Below are positions 53,050-62,014 of a stretch of 64,000 nt of DNA, piece by piece. Each line of letters starts with the position of its first letter. The first letter of the stretch is position 1. A model generated the notes under the pieces. It worked only from the letters and a program-made list of their open reading frames with translations, did not search any database and had not been told where the DNA came from. The stretch comes from an uncultured Alphaproteobacteria bacterium (GTDB lineage Bacteria; Pseudomonadota; Alphaproteobacteria; HIMB59; GCA-002718135), in the NCBI GenBank assembly GCA_902538155.1, contig CACBDX010000002.1:2427-66426 (forward strand), read 5' to 3'. The position numbers and the translations under genes were made by a program.

Positions 53050-54285
53050 ATGGAATATAAAAATTTCTTTAAATCTGAATTAAAAAATTTAAAAGATCAG
53101 GGTCTTTATAGGGACTTTAGAAACATAGACAGACCTATAAGAAGTTTTCCAAATGCAGATGAAAGTTTCAAAAATAAAGAAAGAGAAGTCGAGGTTTGGT
53201 GTTCTAATGACTATCTGAACATGAGTCAGCACCCAGAAGTTGTAAATGAAATTGTAAAAACACTACTTGAATACGGATCTGGTTCAGGTGGAACAAGAAA
53301 TATTTCTGGTACATCAACCTATCATACTGAACTTGAAAAAAAACTGGCAAATGTTCATAATAAAGAGGCGGCATTAGTTTTTGCTTCTGCTTATACAGCA
53401 AATCAATCTACTTTATGGACTTTAGGAAAAAAAATTAAAGATATTGAGATATTTTCTGATGAATTAAATCACGCATCTTTAATACAAGGTATTAAGAATA
53501 GTGGAGCTAAGTGTCATATATTTAGACACAATGACATTGATCATTTAGAGCAGTTACTAAAAGTGTCAAATGTTGATAATCCTAAGTTAATCGTTTTTGA
53601 AAGTTTATACTCTATGGAAGGTATTAGATCGCCCATAGTTAAAATTGTAGAGTTAGCAAAAAAATATAACTGTATGACATATCTGGATGAAGTTCATTCA
53701 GTTGGACTTTACGGTGAAGAAGGTAAAGGTATTGCAGTAGAAATGGGAGTTGAAGATAAAATAGATATTATTAATGGAACTCTAGCAAAAGCATATGGTC
53801 AAATGGGAGGTTATATTGCGGCTAGTTCAGAAATAATTGATTACATTAGAAGTTTCGCTCCAGGTTTCATTTTTACAACTTCAATCTGCCCATCAATTGC
53901 TGCAGGAGCAGCTAAAGCAATAGATATTGTTTCTCTGGCAGAGCAACTAAGAATAAGAATAAAAGAAAATGCAGCTTTAATAAGAGAAAATTTAGATTCC
54001 TTAGCAATCCCTTATTTAGATACAAATTCTCATATTGTAGCTGTATTAATTAATGATCCTTTTTTATGCAAAAAAGTGTCTAAAGATTTAATTGATGATC
54101 ATGGTATTTATGCACAACCAATTTTTTACCCAACTGTACCAAAAGGTTTAGAAAGACTAAGAATTACTGTTACCCCAAAACATAGAAAAGAGCATATTGA
54201 AAAAATGATTAAGGCTCTTGATATAGTTTGGTCTAAAAATAATTTACCAAGAAAAAATATTAATAAAGTTACAGCAAATATTTAA
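53050..54285 (+). CDS. hemA: 5-aminolevulinate synthase
   Basis: [38 protein letters not shown]. Confidence 0.95.
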   Translation: MEYKNFFKSELKNLKDQGLYRDFRNIDRPIRSFPNADESFKNKEREVEVWCSNDYLNMSQHPEVVNEIVKTLLEYGSGSGGTRNISGTSTYHTELEKKLANVHNKEAALVFASAYTANQSTLWTLGKKIKDIEIFSDELNHASLIQGIKNSGAKCHIFRHNDIDHLEQLLKVSNVDNPKLIVFESLYSMEGIRSPIVKIVELAKKYNCMTYLDEVHSVGLYGEEGKGIAVEMGVEDKIDIINGTLAKAYGQMGGYIAASSEIIDYIRSFAPGFIFTTSICPSIAAGAAKAIDIVSLAEQLRIRIKENAALIRENLDSLAIPYLDTNSHIVAVLINDPFLCKKVSKDLIDDHGIYAQPIFYPTVPKGLERLRITVTPKHRKEHIEKMIKALDIVWSKNNLPRKNINKVTANI

Positions 54286-55184
54286 GTTTTAATATTGATA
54301 TCAATCTGTCTAGCAGCAAAACCATAATAAACTACAGCTAAAGTTATTATGAAACCTCCAATTATTACAGTTGTACTTGGTATTTCATTAATTCCAAAAA
54401 TAGGAAGCCAAACCCAGAGAACTCCTCCAACAACTTCCATTAAAGATAAAAGTGCTAGCTCAGCTGAGGGTAAGTATTTTGCTCCAAGACTGTAAAGTAT
54501 TAAGCCGGCTGCAACAATTATTCCATGTAGTATACTCAAATAACTATTTATTTCAGGCATCAGAATAAAAGGTTCAAAAGAGAAGCCTAAAATAAAAAAC
54601 GCAAATATTGTACAAAATATTCCCGCTAAAACAACTGTTGTGAATTTTGGTGTTTCAGGTTTCCATCTTATTGTTACCGTGTATAATGCAAAACCAGTTG
54701 CAGAAATAAATCCTATTATTGCACCTAAAGCAGTTCCAGAAATGCTGTCATTTATAATCATTACGCATACACCACTAAATGCTACAACCATTGCAATTAA
54801 TGTTGATCTTTTTAGTATTTCGCCAAGAACAAAATAACCAACAATGGCTGCAATAAAAGGCATGGCTGCTAACATAAATAATGTTACGGCAGCCGTAGTC
54901 ATAGTAATAGAAAAAATGAACCCAGTAAAAGCTGTTGCTAGAAATAAACCTCCAAGTATAGATGGTATTCCTATTTTGAGAAAATTTTTATAAAAAGCAA
55001 ATCCTTCCCGAAAAAATAAATATATAAGCAGTATAATTGAAATAGTTAAGCCTCTATAAAATAAATATTGAAAAACATATTGATGACCATCAACCATATA
55101 TCTAACAGTCAACGCTCCAAAACTCCAAAAGATTCCAGCAAGAAAAACTACACTAAAGGCATATAGATAAGAATTTTGACTCAT
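54282..55184 (-). CDS. DMT/EamA transporter
   Basis: About 10 TM helices in two EamA repeats (LGE, E.P). Confidence 0.85.
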   Translation of the reverse strand: MSQNSYLYAFSVVFLAGIFWSFGALTVRYMVDGHQYVFQYLFYRGLTISIILLIYLFFREGFAFYKNFLKIGIPSILGGLFLATAFTGFIFSITMTTAAVTLFMLAAMPFIAAIVGYFVLGEILKRSTLIAMVVAFSGVCVMIINDSISGTALGAIIGFISATGFALYTVTIRWKPETPKFTTVVLAGIFCTIFAFFILGFSFEPFILMPEINSYLSILHGIIVAAGLILYSLGAKYLPSAELALLSLMEVVGGVLWVWLPIFGINEIPSTTVIIGGFIITLAVVYYGFAARQIDINIKT

Positions 55185-55230
55185 TGTTTAAAGGTCAAAT
55201 CATTAAATTTGATAAAAGTAAATTAATATT

Positions 55231-55389
55231 TTAATTATTTATTTGAATACCAGTTTCTTTACTTCCTGAGATTTTAAAATTAACTTTATTATCATTTTTT
55301 TGTATTTCAGATACGTCTGACATTTTGCAACTGGCAATAAAAAGAAATAATAAAATTATTGGCAACTGCCTATAGAACCAAGAGCGCAT
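55231..55389 (-). CDS. Putative small lipoprotein (52 aa), absent from the ORF track
   Basis: MRSWFYRQLPIILLFLFIASC-KMSDVSEIQKNDNKVNFKISGSKETGIQINN; lipobox IASC; fills the otherwise empty gap. Confidence 0.6.
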   Translation of the reverse strand: MRSWFYRQLPIILLFLFIASCKMSDVSEIQKNDNKVNFKISGSKETGIQINN

Positions 55390-55859
55390 TTTTTACCATC
55401 TATCCATATAGCATTTGACAAATTTGCTTCATCAAACATTGCACCTGAAATATTAGCACCAAGTAGATTTGCCTCATATAGATTTGCACCTTTAAAAGTT
55501 GCTCCAAAGAGATTAGATCCCTCAAAGTTTACTTTTGCAAGGTTTGCATTATCAAAGTTAGCATTATTACAATTAGCTCCCTGTAAATTTGAAGCATATA
55601 AATTAGAATTACTGAAATTTGAGAAGATAAAATTACCAATAGATAAATTTGAATTATTAAGTTGAGATTTTTCAAAATTAGATAAAGATAAATTAACTCC
55701 TGACATTTGAGAATTTGCCAAACCAGTACCAGAAAGATCAAGATTTTCTACAAAATTACAATTGGTCCAATCCACCTCATTTGCTGGTTGATCACTGCAT
55801 GCAGCAAATACAGAATATGTGCTAAAGAAACTTAAGACAAATATAATTAAAAATCTCAT
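55356..55859 (-). CDS. Exported pentapeptide-repeat protein
   Basis: Signal peptide, A(N/D)L repeats, C-terminal W.DG..C. Confidence 0.9.
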   Translation of the reverse strand: MRFLIIFVLSFFSTYSVFAACSDQPANEVDWTNCNFVENLDLSGTGLANSQMSGVNLSLSNFEKSQLNNSNLSIGNFIFSNFSNSNLYASNLQGANCNNANFDNANLAKVNFEGSNLFGATFKGANLYEANLLGANISGAMFDEANLSNAIWIDGKKCALGSIGSCQ

Positions 55860-55900
55860 ATTGAATTTTTATGATGAGTTTATGTTAAATTTAAGGCAAA

Positions 55901-57667
55901 TTAGCGTGAAGTGAGTTTTAATTCAATCCTTCTATTCTGTTGAAGATCACTCTCAGTTTCTCCATTACTGATAGGATAAAACTCTCCATATCCTGCAGAT
56001 GCTAATCTATTTGGTGGAAAACCAAGATCAAGAAGAAGTTTTAAAACTGTATTAGCTCTAGCTGAAGATAATTCCCAGTTAGAAGGATATCTAATTGTTT
56101 GAATAGGTTTTTTGTCAGTGTGTCCTTCTACCATGATAATCCAGTCAATATCTGAAGGAATATCATTAGTAGTCTCTTTTAAAGTAAGGCCAATTTCACT
56201 TAACTTTTCTTTGCCAGATAGTTGTAAATCTGCTGAAGCAGAATCAAATAATAGCTCTGATTCAAAAATAAATCTATCTCCTACAATTTTAATATCTTTC
56301 CTATCACCTAAGATAGATTGTAATTTTCCGAAAAACTCAGATCTATATTTTTGAAGTTCAAATACTTTCGATGTAAGAGCTTTATTTAACTTTTCACCTA
56401 ACACCTCTATTTCTAAATCTTTAATCAAAGCCTGGCTTTCACTAGCTTCTAAAGCATCATTAAGTAAAGCTATTTCTTTTTGTAAGGTATCAATTTGATT
56501 AGAAAGAATTTCTACCTGTTCTAATGTTTTTGAAGCTTGTATTTCCATATTTTTAATTTCTTCAAGTGATGTTTCTTTTTGTGTTTGATTTTCTTGTTCT
56601 AATGAAACAATTTGACTTTGAAGTAACTCAAGTTTTTCTAATTGTTGTTTTTGTTTATCTTCTGACAAAGAAAGAACATTATTTAGTTCAGATATTTTTC
56701 CTCGCAAATTAAAAATTGTGCTATCTTTCTGAATTAAATCTTTATTTAATCTTGCTAATTCTTCATTTTTAAACCTAATTGCATCAAGTTGTTCATTAAG
56801 TGATGCATCTTTTAAACCTAGACTATCATTAATCTCTAAAAGATCATTCATAAGTTCCTGATATTGAGATATTTGACTTTGTAGTTCTTCATCTCTCAAT
56901 GATAGTTCAATGTTGGTCTTTTCCAATTCATCATTTAAGCTTAGAAGCTTTTCATTTTTATTTTTAATTGCAAGTAACTGCTCTTCAATTCCTCCTTCCT
57001 CTAAACCCAGACTTTCGTTAATGGCCATTAAATTTTCATTCTTCTCATTTAATTCTACTATTGTAGATTTGAGAGATTTTTCACTTTCAAGTAGTTTAAA
57101 ATTAGCATTATCTAATTCTTGATTAAGTATTTTTAGTTGATCAATTCTTGTTGCAAGTGCTTTATTAATTCGTTCTCCTAGCCCCTCGGTTTCAAGTAAA
57201 GTAATTTCTTGTCCTTCATAAGTTTCTAATGCATTTGCAACTATTCTCAGTTCTTTTAAAAGACTACTAATTTGCTCGGATAAAGCTATTATATTTTGTT
57301 CCTGAACAAATATTTCTGATCGTTTTTTTGCAACATCAGTTTGTAATTGCTCACTTAATAATTGCTCACTTTGTAAATTTAATTCTGTATCTTCAAGTTT
57401 TTTCTCAGTTTCAGAAAGAGTTGAAAGAGCTTCTTCTTTATCTTTAGTTTCAATAACAAGTATTTTAGATAATTCATTTATTTGTGTTCTTAAATCTTGA
57501 AGCGCCTTATCTCGGCCAGATATAGCATCACTCAGATATATTTGCGAAACAGTAAAAACCATTAGCACAAATATGATTACTATTAAAAGAGTAGCTAGAA
57601 CATCAACAAAACCGGGCCAAATATTTGTTGTATCGGCAAGTCTATTTCTTAAAGACCTAGTAGACAT
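55901..57667 (-). CDS. MotB/OmpA-family peptidoglycan-binding protein with long coiled coil
   Basis: WPGFVD TM segment, coiled coil, EGHTD…SNWELSSARA…GYGE…NRRIE. Confidence 0.88.
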   Translation of the reverse strand: MSTRSLRNRLADTTNIWPGFVDVLATLLIVIIFVLMVFTVSQIYLSDAISGRDKALQDLRTQINELSKILVIETKDKEEALSTLSETEKKLEDTELNLQSEQLLSEQLQTDVAKKRSEIFVQEQNIIALSEQISSLLKELRIVANALETYEGQEITLLETEGLGERINKALATRIDQLKILNQELDNANFKLLESEKSLKSTIVELNEKNENLMAINESLGLEEGGIEEQLLAIKNKNEKLLSLNDELEKTNIELSLRDEELQSQISQYQELMNDLLEINDSLGLKDASLNEQLDAIRFKNEELARLNKDLIQKDSTIFNLRGKISELNNVLSLSEDKQKQQLEKLELLQSQIVSLEQENQTQKETSLEEIKNMEIQASKTLEQVEILSNQIDTLQKEIALLNDALEASESQALIKDLEIEVLGEKLNKALTSKVFELQKYRSEFFGKLQSILGDRKDIKIVGDRFIFESELLFDSASADLQLSGKEKLSEIGLTLKETTNDIPSDIDWIIMVEGHTDKKPIQTIRYPSNWELSSARANTVLKLLLDLGFPPNRLASAGYGEFYPISNGETESDLQQNRRIELKLTSR

Positions 57668-57669
57668 TA

Positions 57670-58695
57670 TTATTTTTTAATTTTCTTTAGTTCTTTTTCA
57701 ATTTTCTGAAAATATTCTTTAACTTTTTTTGCTTCTAATACTCCATTTTTGCTTAAAGCTTCTGTAAGGTTTATTAGTGTAGATTGTGTGTTTAATTGTG
57801 AAGACAAGAAATTTGATAATTGCTTATCAAGATTTGAAGAGTTAGAATTGATTATGTTAAGTATTTCATTAAACTTTTCTAAATTGTTTGAAATTTTAGT
57901 TTGATTGTCTGATGATTTTTTAAAAGCATTTAGGAGGTTTTCTAAGTTGTCATAAATTTTTTGAATTGCTTCACCTGTAGGTTTATCTTCTACTGTAGAA
58001 AAATCTGGAGAAGAATTGCTATTAAGTATTTTTTCAAAATATTGACTAAATTTATTTTGAGCTTGTCCAAGATTTAAATCAAGTAATCCTAATATTAAAG
58101 AGCCAGCTAAACCTAACAAAGAACTGCTAAATGCAATACTCATTCCTTCAAGAGGAGCATTTAATCCATCTTTAAGAGAATTAAAAAAACCTGCAACATT
58201 TGTATCATCTATACCTAGGCCGCTGATAACATTGCCAACAGATCCAATGGTTTTTAGAAGTCCCCAGAAAGTTCCAAGGAGTCCTAAAAAGACTAGCAAG
58301 CCTACCAGGTAACGAGAAGTTTCTCTTATACTTACTAACGTCATGTCGGAGTTTTCAATTAATCTATTTATAGATGAACTTTTGAAAAAAAATTTTCCAT
58401 CAAGATTTTTTAATTCAAGAGAAATGTTTTTATCCTGACCTCTTAAAGTAGAGAATGCTTCTATAGAATTTGTAATATTAAAGTTTGAGTAAGATATATA
58501 TTTATAATTTAAGTTAATGAGATGGAAAAAATTAAATACAATACCAATTACTAAAGCTAATAATATTATAATATTGATAAAGATATTTGATAAAAAAGCA
58601 TTTTGTAAAACAGGGTACAATAAAACAACAATAACAAAGACAGCGACTAAGAAAATTGATGCTCTTATTATATAATTATTTAGGGATATCGCCAT
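57670..58695 (-). CDS. MotA/TolQ/ExbB proton-channel family protein
   Basis: LGLLGTFWGL and GMSIAFSSSL.G TM motifs; helical C-terminal tail. Confidence 0.85.
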   Translation of the reverse strand: MAISLNNYIIRASIFLVAVFVIVVLLYPVLQNAFLSNIFINIIILLALVIGIVFNFFHLINLNYKYISYSNFNITNSIEAFSTLRGQDKNISLELKNLDGKFFFKSSSINRLIENSDMTLVSIRETSRYLVGLLVFLGLLGTFWGLLKTIGSVGNVISGLGIDDTNVAGFFNSLKDGLNAPLEGMSIAFSSSLLGLAGSLILGLLDLNLGQAQNKFSQYFEKILNSNSSPDFSTVEDKPTGEAIQKIYDNLENLLNAFKKSSDNQTKISNNLEKFNEILNIINSNSSNLDKQLSNFLSSQLNTQSTLINLTEALSKNGVLEAKKVKEYFQKIEKELKKIKK

Positions 58696-58745
58696 AAATG
58701 AAAGATTATATTACCTGTCTTGGAAATTCAATAAATATAAACTGT

Positions 58746-59930
58746 TTAGTTGTAGATATAATTTCTTGTGAGAGGTAAATTGTTAATATTTTTTGCAATT
58801 TGTATTTGGAAAACAACATTACCCATATTTACAAAGGAATACTTACTTGCTAATAAATAAAACTCCCACATTCTAAAAAAACGCTGATCAAACATATTTA
58901 TAATTTTATCTTTATTTTCAATAACATTTTGATACCATTTAGAAAGTGTGTGAGCGTAATGTAGTCTTAATACTTCAACATCTGTTACATTTATATTAAG
59001 TTTTTGTGTTGCGTTCATTACTTCAGATAATGATGGAATATAACCACCAGGAAAAATGTATTTTCTTATCCAAGGACTTGTAGCAGTTGGTTTACCCCTT
59101 TGACCAATTGTATGCAAAAGAAAAACACCGTTTTCTTTCAGAATATCGTTGGCTTTACTTAAATAAGTTTTAAAATATTTAACACCAACATGCTCAAACA
59201 TACCAACTGATACTATGCGATCGTATTTTTCGCTCTCATTTCTATAATCTTGTAGTGCAAATGAAACTTTATCACTCAAACCTTCTTTTTGTGCTCGTTC
59301 AGATGCAGTTTTAAATTGATTTTCTGAAAGTGTAATTCCTTTTACTTTGGCTCCAGTAGATTTAGCTATTTCAATCGCCATTCCTCCCCAACCACATCCA
59401 ATATCAAGAACATCCATGTTTTCTGTAATTTGAAGTTTTTTAATTATATGTTGTTTTTTATCTTTCTGCGCTTGATCCAAACTCATATTAGGATTGTGGA
59501 AATATGCGCAAGAATATTGCATATCCTGATCTAGAAATAATTTATATAAATCCTCATTTATATCGTAGTGGTGTGCTACATTTTTTTTTGAATTTACAAG
59601 CTGATTAATCTGCTGAAATGGCATAAAAATAGAAGATAAATATTCATAAAATTTATAAAACTTGTTGTTGGAAATAAAGTCATCGTAACAATTAGTTATT
59701 AAATTAAGAAAGTCTTCTATAGTGCCCTTTTCTACAACTAACTCTTCATTCATATATGCTTCACCTATATGGAGATTAGGGTTTAAGAATAGTTTTCTTT
59801 CTATTGATTTGTTTTTTAGTCTTATACAAACGTGAGGGTTTGAATTTCCAAATTTATGTGTCTTGTCATTAGAATCTATGATTTCTAATGTTCCATCAAA
59901 ATTAAGTTTTTTCAGTACACTGAATAACAT
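58746..59930 (-). CDS. cfa: Cyclopropane-fatty-acyl-phospholipid synthase family methyltransferase
   Basis: HHYD, YSCAYF, LDIGCGWG, SVGMFEHVG, YIFPGG, RMWEFYL. Confidence 0.9.
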   Translation of the reverse strand: MLFSVLKKLNFDGTLEIIDSNDKTHKFGNSNPHVCIRLKNKSIERKLFLNPNLHIGEAYMNEELVVEKGTIEDFLNLITNCYDDFISNNKFYKFYEYLSSIFMPFQQINQLVNSKKNVAHHYDINEDLYKLFLDQDMQYSCAYFHNPNMSLDQAQKDKKQHIIKKLQITENMDVLDIGCGWGGMAIEIAKSTGAKVKGITLSENQFKTASERAQKEGLSDKVSFALQDYRNESEKYDRIVSVGMFEHVGVKYFKTYLSKANDILKENGVFLLHTIGQRGKPTATSPWIRKYIFPGGYIPSLSEVMNATQKLNINVTDVEVLRLHYAHTLSKWYQNVIENKDKIINMFDQRFFRMWEFYLLASKYSFVNMGNVVFQIQIAKNINNLPLTRNYIYN

Positions 59931-59938
59931 GTTTTTTT

Positions 59939-59966
59939 ATTTTAAGAAAAACGTCTCTCATGTCAA
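59939..59966 (-). promoter_or_regulatory. Putative sigma70 promoter of cfa (near-leaderless)
   Basis: TTGACA-N16-TAAAAT ending 8 nt before the ATG. Confidence 0.6.
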
Positions 59967-60016
59967 TAACTCTAAATTATTAACATTTGATGAGAAAATA
60001 ATTTGTAGAGATCGAC

Positions 60017-60241
60017 TTAAGCAGCAATGCGACGATTTTTTTGAGCTTCTTTTTCTTTTTTAAGCTCTTTTTCGTCAATATATGCAACATCACAGTGACT
60101 CTGACAATAAGGCTTCCCATCAACGGTATCAGCTTCACAAAAATGAAAATCTTTCTCTTGTGGATCTCCAATTGGCCATTGGCAACTTGAGAAACTATGC
60201 GTCACACTGTTTTGTTTAAAATAGTTTTTTAATATAGACAT
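60017..60241 (-). CDS. GcrA-family protein, C-terminal domain only
   Basis: CQWPIGDP…DFHFC…GKPYC..H…AY motif; no N-terminal HTH. Confidence 0.8.
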   Translation of the reverse strand: MSILKNYFKQNSVTHSFSSCQWPIGDPQEKDFHFCEADTVDGKPYCQSHCDVAYIDEKELKKEKEAQKNRRIAA

Positions 60242-60320
60242 AATAATTTAATTAATTTCGAAATAGTTTATATTTATGAAAAAACCAGTATTCAACATTA
60301 AATATAAAAAAGTTGTTAAT

Positions 60321-60368
60321 TATCAATATGTTAGTATCTTAATGTTTTCGACCTACTATATGTTGATA
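60321..60368. promoter_or_regulatory. Tandem NrdR-box-like motifs
   Basis: CTATATGTTG at 60356 and CAATATGTTA at 60324, 32 bp apart; compare the NrdR core CwAtATaTwG. Confidence 0.4.
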
Positions 60369-60395
60369 CATAAATTTTAAGAAAAACGAATCGGT

Positions 60396-60578
60396 TTATC
60401 GAAAAAATAAAATTATAAACAATAGTGCCAAAAAAAACAGATAGGATTTGATTATAAAACTTTTAGTTAATTTGGATTTAGGAGGTTTTCTCAGAAATAT
60501 AAAGAAAATAATAATACTCCAAAATAATAAAAGTATTAGCCAGCCTGTTAAAAATGCATAGTAAAAATCGACAGACAT
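60396..60578 (-). CDS. Small two-TM membrane protein
   Basis: Two hydrophobic helices with a basic loop; directly downstream of msrA. Confidence 0.6.
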   Translation of the reverse strand: MSVDFYYAFLTGWLILLLFWSIIIFFIFLRKPPKSKLTKSFIIKSYLFFLALLFIILFFR

Positions 60579-60598
60579 TAGTTCCCTAGAGAATTAAT

Positions 60599-61060
60599 CT
60601 ATATAGCGCAGTGTAAACCTGTTTTTTGGATATATTTTTGATGATATTCTTCAGCTTTATAGAATTCCTTAGCTTCTGATATTTCAGTAACAATATTTAA
60701 TCCAGCGCTTTTAGCATATTCATTTTTAGAATGAATAGATTTATTTTTTTGATCTTCGTTATAATAATATATCGCTGATCTATATTGTGTTCCAATATCG
60801 GGACCTTGTCTATTTATAGTGGTAGGATCATGACACTTCCAGAAAACCATCAAAAGATCTTCATAAGATATTTTAGAATTATCAAATTCAACTAAAACAA
60901 CCTCAGTATGATTTGTATTTCCTTGGCAAACACTTTCATAAGAAGGGTTAATAGTATCACCTCCAGAATAACCAACTATGGTATTTATTACACCTGGAGT
61001 TTTACGAAATGTTTCTTCCACACCCCAGAAACAACCTGCGCCAAATAATGCTTTTTCCAT
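60599..61060 (-). CDS. msrA: Peptide-methionine (S)-S-oxide reductase
   Basis: GCFWG, GYSGG, NRQGPD.GTQYRS, AEEYHQ.Y. Confidence 0.96.
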   Translation of the reverse strand: MEKALFGAGCFWGVEETFRKTPGVINTIVGYSGGDTINPSYESVCQGNTNHTEVVLVEFDNSKISYEDLLMVFWKCHDPTTINRQGPDIGTQYRSAIYYYNEDQKNKSIHSKNEYAKSAGLNIVTEISEAKEFYKAEEYHQKYIQKTGLHCAI

Positions 61061-61100
61061 ATTTATAAATATATATGTAATATAAAATATATCAATTTTT

Positions 61101-61682
61101 ATGAGCCCAAAATTTAAAATTTTAGATAAAAAGAATATTCACAACGGTTTCTTTAAAATGAATGAAGTTACTCTTAAATACAAAAAATATAATGGAGATT
61201 GGAGTAATGAAATAAAAAGGGAGTTATTTGGTGGCGCACAAGTATCTGCAGTCTTACCATATGACCCTATAAATAAAAAAATTGTTTTAATTCAACAGTT
61301 CAGATCAGGGACAATTTCTAGAGATAATCAAAATTATCTAGATGAAATAGTTGCTGGAATAATTGACCCTGGTGAAACTCCAGAAGATACAGCAAAGAGA
61401 GAATGCTTGGAAGAAACTGGATGTGTAGTAAGCAATCTTACATCTATACAAGGTTACTATCCTGCCCCAGGATCATCCGAATCTTTTTATAATCTTTTTT
61501 TAGGCGAGGTAATTGCTCCAGATAAAGAAATTATAAGAGGTCTAGAGAATGAAAATGAGGATATATTAGTTAAAAGTTATAGTTTTGATGAGATAAAAAC
61601 TAAGATGAATAAAAAAGAAATTTTAAATGGACTTACACTAATAGCATTACAATGGTTTTTTTTAAATATTGAAAAAACCTAA
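61101..61682 (+). CDS. nudF: ADP-ribose pyrophosphatase (Nudix)
   Basis: LPYDP, QFR, AG…GE…AKRECLEETG, E.EDI. Confidence 0.88.
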   Translation: MSPKFKILDKKNIHNGFFKMNEVTLKYKKYNGDWSNEIKRELFGGAQVSAVLPYDPINKKIVLIQQFRSGTISRDNQNYLDEIVAGIIDPGETPEDTAKRECLEETGCVVSNLTSIQGYYPAPGSSESFYNLFLGEVIAPDKEIIRGLENENEDILVKSYSFDEIKTKMNKKEILNGLTLIALQWFFLNIEKT

Positions 61683-62014
61683 GTTCCTATACCTCTTTCA
61701 TAAGGCTGAACTAATTCTTTACATATTAAGTTCATATCTAAAGTCTCAACATTTTTATCTATAGTTTGATATTCCTGACACTCATATAGTTCGTTATCTT
61801 TTTGAAGAACTGTAACAAATAAGATTATTGTTAAATCATTTCCAACCTCTATGTCACTTATAGCGTAGCTTTTAACTTCAAATCCTTCATTAATAAGATC
61901 TTTATAAGATTTCTCTGACTCTAGCCATTGATCTATATTTGGATTAGCTATTGAAAGATTAGAAAATAACAGAAATACAGAAAATAAAAATATAGTTAGT
62001 TTTCTTTTAGCCAT
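61679..62014 (-). CDS. Hypothetical exported protein
   Basis: Signal peptide, two Cys residues, overlaps the peroxiredoxin stop. Confidence 0.6.
   Translation of the reverse strand: MAKRKLTIFLFSVFLLFSNLSIANPNIDQWLESEKSYKDLINEGFEVKSYAISDIEVGNDLTIILFVTVLQKDNELYECQEYQTIDKNVETLDMNLICKELVQPYERGIGT

Noticed and set aside
55400..55760. 15-nt periodicity suggesting an array
   Set aside because: Explained by pentapeptide coding repeats; there is no repeat-spacer structure, so it is not CRISPR.
55901..58695. Zorya anti-phage system or flagellar stator
   Set aside because: No zorC/D/E effector or flagellar genes are adjacent, the MotA tail is short, and the context is core genome.
868..60171. Many short antisense or alternative-frame ORFs in the track (e.g. 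868-1080, 13024-13275, 42183-42737, 56112-56354, 59980-60171)
   Set aside because: They lie within or across well-supported genes, carry no motifs, and look like shadow ORFs.
60276..60380. 34-codon plus-strand ORF (MKKPVFNIKY…) in the gcrA upstream gap
   Set aside because: No RBS or recognisable features; the region is better explained as regulatory DNA.
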